A DNA stretch of 64,000 nt from Trichoplax adhaerens (Eukaryota; Animalia; Placozoa), in assembly GCF_000150275.1 (NCBI RefSeq), contig NW_002060952.1:1478452-1542451 (forward strand), in the 5' to 3' direction. Shown in pieces: positions 57,469 to 64,000 of the stretch; position 1 is the first letter of the stretch; the number at the start of each line of letters is the position of its first letter. Both the position numbers and the translations under genes were made by a program. Below the pieces are notes generated by a model, which worked only from the letters and a program-made list of their open reading frames with translations, did no database searches and had not been told where the DNA came from.

Positions 57469-60400
57469 CTACTTCTTGTCATTTTCGTCATTTTCTTCAG
57501 TAACTGTAATAGTTTGTGGATTCATCAATTTAGTTAATATTTCAACATGAGTTTCCGGCGGCTGAGGGATATTTTTTAATAGATAAATAGTTATGTGCCC
57601 ATCACTGTCTCCAACCAGCAAGCACTATTCATAAGAATGAAACGAATTATACATTTAAGAAGATGCAATGAAATATTTTCTGTTCTTAATATGAAAATTC
57701 GAGTAGAGGTAGAAAAGAAAGGCAATAGCCGAATAATTAATGTACCTCAGAGTTGATCGAGAAAGCAACCGATGATAACTTTGCATATCCAGAAGGATGC
57801 GTTATAATAATTGGGTCCAATCTATATCATCGCATAGTATGATCAAATAACATTAGTTATCTCTGTCTGCCCTTGCATATCACGAGAGACGTGCATTAAT
57901 GATCAATAGTATCTTATAAGTGTTTTATCACTAATATGAACGTATAACAGTAACACAAACTTACGTGCTGACATTTAAATCCCATACTTCAATGGCTCGA
58001 TCACGAACACACGCAAAAGTAGTGGCAGAAGTGGGTGACCAGCAAATATCGTTAACAGCTTCCTATATTAGTAAAGAGCATAATGGTGATCAACTCATGA
58101 TATGTTTCGTCGTAGTTTCCGAATGCCAAATACTGCAATCAATATTTAAATATCTCACCTTTGAAGACTGAAAACTGTGAATTGCTTTGGGTTTTTCTTG
58201 ATTCCATAATTTAACACTCCAATCACCACTACAACTAAGAAATGCGTCTGATACATAAGGAGACCAAGCTACTTTATATACTGGACCCTAAAGTCAATAA
58301 TCCGAAATTATTTATAAGTGTAATATAGAGAGCTAAAGTGGAACTATAAATATAGTAAAACTCTTTCACTTATTGTGATAAGCAAAGCATGGTTAAAATA
58401 AAAAATTATGCAAGTATTAATTGAGTGTTATACCATATGTCCGAAATAGCTTTCCAAATATTGTTCATTGTATGAACAGGAACATTTATGAATATGACCG
58501 TCTTCAGTTCCGGTAAGATAGCTATTACAAAAATAAGTATAAATAATCAATGAGATTTCATTACATATATAAATATGTTAACAGCTAATATAAATCAAGG
58601 AGATAAGTTGTAATAAGGGTATAGACATTCAATTTCCCTAGAATTGGCCAATATCTAAGGCATACAATCTTACTTATACAGAATTACCGATATCTTATCT
58701 GATGATATACGAAATGAAACTAACATGTTTGTATCCTTGGGATAAAAATCGAAGCTTAATCCACCGGAAAAACGAGATATCAAGCCTTCGTGACTTCGCT
58801 TAATGTCTAATTTTCGATCTTTAGTTTCCTTTTTATTAGATATTCGTTTTAATCGCATTAAATCAGAACATTCGAAGCCTTTTCGAATCGACCAACGGGT
58901 TATACGCCCGTCGGTGGAAATGGATACTAGCATTTCTCCATGTTCTTCGCCTGTTAAACGATCGCGATCAACCCACTTTATTTGCCAGACTGGGCCAGAA
59001 TGTTTTCCTGGACTCTCACTAAATAAACATTCATGAGTTTATATATTAAAATATCAAATTAATAGCTCTATTCAACTCTCAAATAGAGCTATCATCTTAT
59101 AGCATGAAATCGTTAAAATTATACGAAAAACCCTCTAACTGAAAAAAAATAACCGAATAAGCTTTCCTACCTACTATCCAAAATCGATTGCGATCCTGTT
59201 CCTCTTACATCCACAATTGCTACAGTGCCATCATATAGACCAACCTAAGATATGTATGATTTATTTAGATACCCATGCCAATCTACATTAACTTTAAATG
59301 CCAACTTTTTTAAAACAGAGTAAAGTATGATGTAATAATACCCATACATGGCTATAATATCATAACTTACTGCTAAAAGACTTCCACTTGTAGATGAGAA
59401 GTCCAAGCCTGTGACGCCAGTATTAAAATGGAAAATTCTTTCAGGATACTTTAAATTTAAGAAAATTAAGGTCAGCAGGATACAAGAATGAACAAAAATT
59501 AAAATTATTCACCATTGATAGCATTAATATTCCTTTTGCTACAATATTAATATAGTGCGCATTATGCTGATAGATTCGAATCTTACTTCTGGATTCTTTA
59601 TTGACCAGCAACAGGCAAATCCACCCTTTTGCTCATTATAACCGAACTGACAATATCCTACTGCAATGATATCCTATTTGGGTGTATTTATAGAATACAG
59701 CTTTATAAAAAGCAGGAACCAGATAATCAAATGTAAAATGGATATCAGAGCATAGTTAATACTTATCAGTTACCGGATTGGATTTATTCCATGTCATGGC
59801 ACTAATATTTCGGCCTCGTGTTATGCTACATTTATAGTCCCATAAGCGCTCTAGATTTGGTAATATTTTTCCAACATCATTGTCTGCAATCCGTGGGCGA
59901 TTACTACTGGGTGGAACAGCATCCGGATCTGGATTAAACATATCACAAATGATTATTATTACTGCATGTGAATATTGTAAGAGTCCAATACTGGTTAAGC
60001 GATTATACCTTAGATTCTTACCTGGTAAAACAGATAAACCGCGATAAACGGCTTGTTTATGCTGATAATTATTCAACGTAACTGCTCTTTCCATTGTAAA
60101 TAGCGATTGTTTAAAGGCATCCGATCGTAATGCACTATCGTTCACTGGCATTGTACTTGTACTTCCGTCTTCATTCGGTGCACCCGAGATTTCGGATTCC
60201 GTTATCATGCTTATACGACTCTCTAAAATTGAAATCGGTACAGATAATTGCATTTAGAGCTGCGGATAAAGTTAGCCACAATATTTAGCTCTCTATCTCT
60301 CTGATCCATAATTAATTAATAAGAATGTTTCCCTAGTTAGGACTAACCCATGCTACTGTCTCGCATAGTCATAGATATACTTTTATCTTCATCCTTGGCA

Positions 60401-62576
60401 ATTTTACTAACTCTATTTGACTTCTGAGAAGATGGCACTTCCTCTGCTAAGTCATCATCGGATTCTTGGTCGTTGGCTATTATTATTACATAGAGTAATC
60501 AACTATAAGTTGTATGTTGCAATGTAAAATGTCTTAATAGAAGCAGCTTACTGCCTTCCTTCTCCTTATATGTATCGTACATATCCCAATTGGTTGCCAT
60601 GACAGAAGCATCCTAGAATATTTATATAAAGCTAACATAAGGCATGGAAGTAATTATGGATAAAATTAATACAAATTAACTTCAGTTCTACATACCGTTA
60701 AACCAAATCTGGTAGTTTGTACTTCCTTATTTTTGGGAGCGTCGTTAAATGTCTGCATAAATCGATCAGTATATCTATCTCCGTGTCGCTGCTTCAGCAT
60801 CTATTTAAATCACATTAAGGGTCAGACCAAAAATATCACCCTAAAAGTCGCAAATGGCTCTTTGCAAAATTGCAACAAATAGCTTTTACAGTTTCTTACC
60901 TCTGTATATACTGTATTCCTTTCCTTGATTTTATCTGCAGCCTCTGTATCTTCAGAAAAAGAAGTTGTAGGGATATCGAGTAGAAATATGGTCTCTGTTT
61001 CAGTTAGGTTGATATCCACCTAAATTAATCACGGTAATTTATTAGATCCGGTTAAAGCGACATTTTCGAAATCCCTTCATAAACCATCAATATTACGGTT
61101 ACCATCTTTCTTAAGTCACTATCGGTTAAATTTTCTCGGGATTCTTCTTGCATAGCTACGACAAAAAAATGAAATATGACTATGCTATACATATCGCAGA
61201 AAAGTAGGTTAAACATGATATAGTTGAAATCTTACTGGTATGATAGGCTGATTGAATTTCTGGGTATCCGGTTGGTTCACCCATATCGTCCATAATCGAT
61301 TCTGGTGAGGATCTACCAGATGTAATACTTTGACTTGTAGCAGCGCTACTGAATATTGATCTGAAAGTGTGCAATTTTAAGCAAAATCCAAGGAATGTTA
61401 ATATAAAATAGTTGTAAAAGCTTCAGGGTAATTAAGATATTGGCATACGTGAATGTATAATTTACTTTGTAAATGGTCCTCCAAAGACAGAAGCTTGAGA
61501 TTCATTTGGCTAATAGAGATGAGGATTAAATCTACTTTATTAATGTCAATTTATCTTGCAAATAATTTATATTAAATGATTAATTACCGTACTGCCCGAT
61601 TGTTGAGAATCGGCAAATAAATTTGGCTGGCTACGCCTGCGAGAGGAAATGAGTAAGATTAACTTTACCAATACGTACTTGGATAAAGAAATTATTAAAG
61701 TACCTGGATGTGTTGCCAGCAAAGGAATCATGTTTTAACAAACTTTTTGGGGTTACATCATTTCCAAGGTCGTCTAGAATCTATTAACGTTACATACATA
61801 GAGGTAAGCCATCACTGTGCATAAAGTCGCGTTCTATTAAGTTAGCTTATGAAAAGTACTTATAATGCTTACGCCTAATCAATAGTAATTATAATACCTG
61901 AATATCAGCTTTGCTTGACTTGGAGAGATCCTTAATGTTAGGATCAATCATAACCTGGCGACGACCTGTCATGCCATAATTCATACGCGAAGTGGCAATT
62001 GAAGCTCGAGTGGCTGAGAATCGAGTTTCAGAGCCTTGCGTGTATTTCGTGCTATTGCGCAACGTAGCTCTGAAGACAGGCAAGAACGTTAAATTCATAA
62101 TTAAAATTGAGTAGCCAAGATAGATATATTGACCGAAAGAGCTTAGGTAATAATTACTATACAGTCGATTATTCCTTCTTTCCTGGATAATTTCTTATCA
62201 ACATGATGCATACGCAATTAACTTGAAGTGCTCGTATTTATGATACGTTTACGTATTATAGACTACAATAATTTAAATAGACGATAAATACTTATTTCTA
62301 CTGTTACTGTACTTCTAATCGTATGATAGTGATTGAAGTGATTTAAATTTTTTGATGATGAGGTCCATTTATTACCAGAGACTATATATGGAAAAGCGTT
62401 CGTTTTGAACTAAAATACTACTATAAATTATGAGATATTTGGAATAGGTATACAGTACAGTAAATTAAGTCCACATTAATGGTTATTCTATTAGTACGAA
62501 ATAATGAAAAAAAATCATTTCTGGCATCTTCTATTCCTAGTTCGATAAATTATCTGTACCTTGATTTGTTCGACAT
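57469..62576 (-). CDS. WDR78: WD repeat protein 78 / dynein axonemal intermediate chain 4 (IC138); multi-exon
   Basis: A 17-nt first exon ATGTCGAACAAATCAAG|gt joins in phase to ATLRNST. Then DDLGNDVTPKSL, VDINLTETETIFLLDIP, MQTFNDAPKNKEVQ, ATNWDMYDTY, MERAVTLNNYQHKQAVYRGL, LERLWDYKC, CCWSIKNPEYPER, HSGPVWQIKWV, SISTDGRITRWSIRKG, GTEDGHIHKCSCSYNEQYLE, CLLVGDSDG. Confidence 0.93.
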
Positions 62577-62641
62577 TTTGAAAAGTTGCAAATCCTACAT
62601 GTATAAACTGTACCCTGTAAACGTTGATCGATTTTGTAGTG

Positions 62642-62656
62642 GTTGCTATGGACAAC
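62642..62656. promoter_or_regulatory. RFX X-box upstream of WDR78/DNAI4
   Basis: GTTGCT-ATG-GACAAC, an imperfect palindrome matching GYTRYY-N(1-3)-RRHRAC, ~66 bp 5' of the predicted ATG. Confidence 0.7.
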
Positions 62657-64000
62657 GGAGGATTTCCTCAGATACTATAGACCGGCGTACAGTACACTAT
62701 ACCGTGTCCTGAACGATACTGCAGTTGGTAAGAAAATTTCCTTTTCGTTGTATTATAATGCATCTGTATGCAAATGAAAGCAGTACGAGAACCCTTAAGC
62801 GTTGTTGTCATTGAGCACAACACTACGTCATCACGGTAGTCCAGAGAAGAAATCAAACCTCCATACTGTGCCAATGTACATTACTGCAGTTTCCGTACCT
62901 AAATAGCAAAAGTAGCAAAAAATCGATAACATTTTGACTCATCGAAGAATTTTCATTAGCAGATGCTGCTAACGAATTTAGTTGCTGCCAAGCTTCAATT
63001 AAGGCATAATTTATGATATACTGCAATTATAATTGGTCGGGAATATCTTACAATGATATTGATCGTATGATGTCTACCTAAATACTGACACAGTTGGCTA
63101 AGAATTGTCGTACAAGGCTCAATTGGATTTGCTAAAGTCCAGTATATCGCTGCTATTGATGCTTGCAAGCGTGAGAATCTTCCGAATGTCGGATTTGAAC
63201 TGTCGTTTAATAAACACTTTATACTCCATTATAGCGATGCTTTGCACAGTAGCTTTATTATGATGAAAGTGTATTGGCATAGTTTTAAGCAAAGTGGCAT
63301 TTATTTTCATTCTGAAAATTGAGCGTTTGAAAGTATACACTTGAAATCTATTCTTGAAAGACTGTCATTTCTGATGGATACTACGTGTGGGTCGTATAGT
63401 ATTTATTAGGCTGTTGAATCTAGAGATATGGAGTAAGTGTTGGAAATAGAATAACCTTTTTTTAACTTATATTTCGCATATAGACATTCACTCCTTAGAA
63501 TAAATGATCCCTAGTTTATTGTTAATAGATACCCACTGATTATAGTCATTACGAAAATATTAATATATGATCTCAATAGCTCTGATACAGATATACGTAT
63601 CTAACGTGTCCCCTTCAAAATTAGACGAAAACAAGTCCTTAGTACATGATCTTATACGATTACAACTTTTCATTTACTACCGTACACAGTTTGGTAACCT
63701 TGAGAATACATTTAAAAGCTAACGTAATTTTGATAGAATGTTCGCCCTAGTATTAAAGCTTTAAGCTTTATAATTTAGACTCAGATGTATCAAATTGCTT
63801 TCATGATATGCACTGATCAAGTAATCACCTTGCTTGAGCTACATAAGTTCACCGTAACAGTGACATCGCTACATTTAAATTGTATGTTATTAGCATGACA
63901 GTGAATTTATGTAAAAAGAAAGTTCTAAACGTTGTGCTTACTCTTTCTAATAGGAATAATTCATCAAGGTCAGCCTGCAGCTGCTCCGATGAGCAATGCT

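Overview
AT-rich, intron-dense eukaryotic (animal) genomic DNA. Short GT-AG introns and vertebrate-like exon boundaries suggest a compact early-branching metazoan such as a placozoan (Trichoplax-like); that assignment is inference. Nine multi-exon genes could be assembled by eye: ERCC8/CSA (-), CCDC130/YJU2B (+), DMAP1 (-), TTLL7 (-), MMACHC (-), PGM1-like phosphoglucomutase (-), LMBRD2 (+), TECR (-) and WDR78/DNAI4 (-). Non-coding DNA holds several local tandem duplications, a 2.5-kb composite minisatellite with a 513-bp higher-order period, a second ~1.5-kb array and a small TIR element. The strongest unexplained signal is frequent TA->TA(CAG|CTG)TA 5-bp insertions. They appear as copy-specific differences in several independent repeats and as stacked mixed-orientation runs near gene 5' ends, and they match Tc1/mariner excision footprints. 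Both ciliary genes carry upstream RFX X-boxes, and the nine genes fit one ancestral metazoan linkage group. Gene identities rest on recalled homology; no database search was run.
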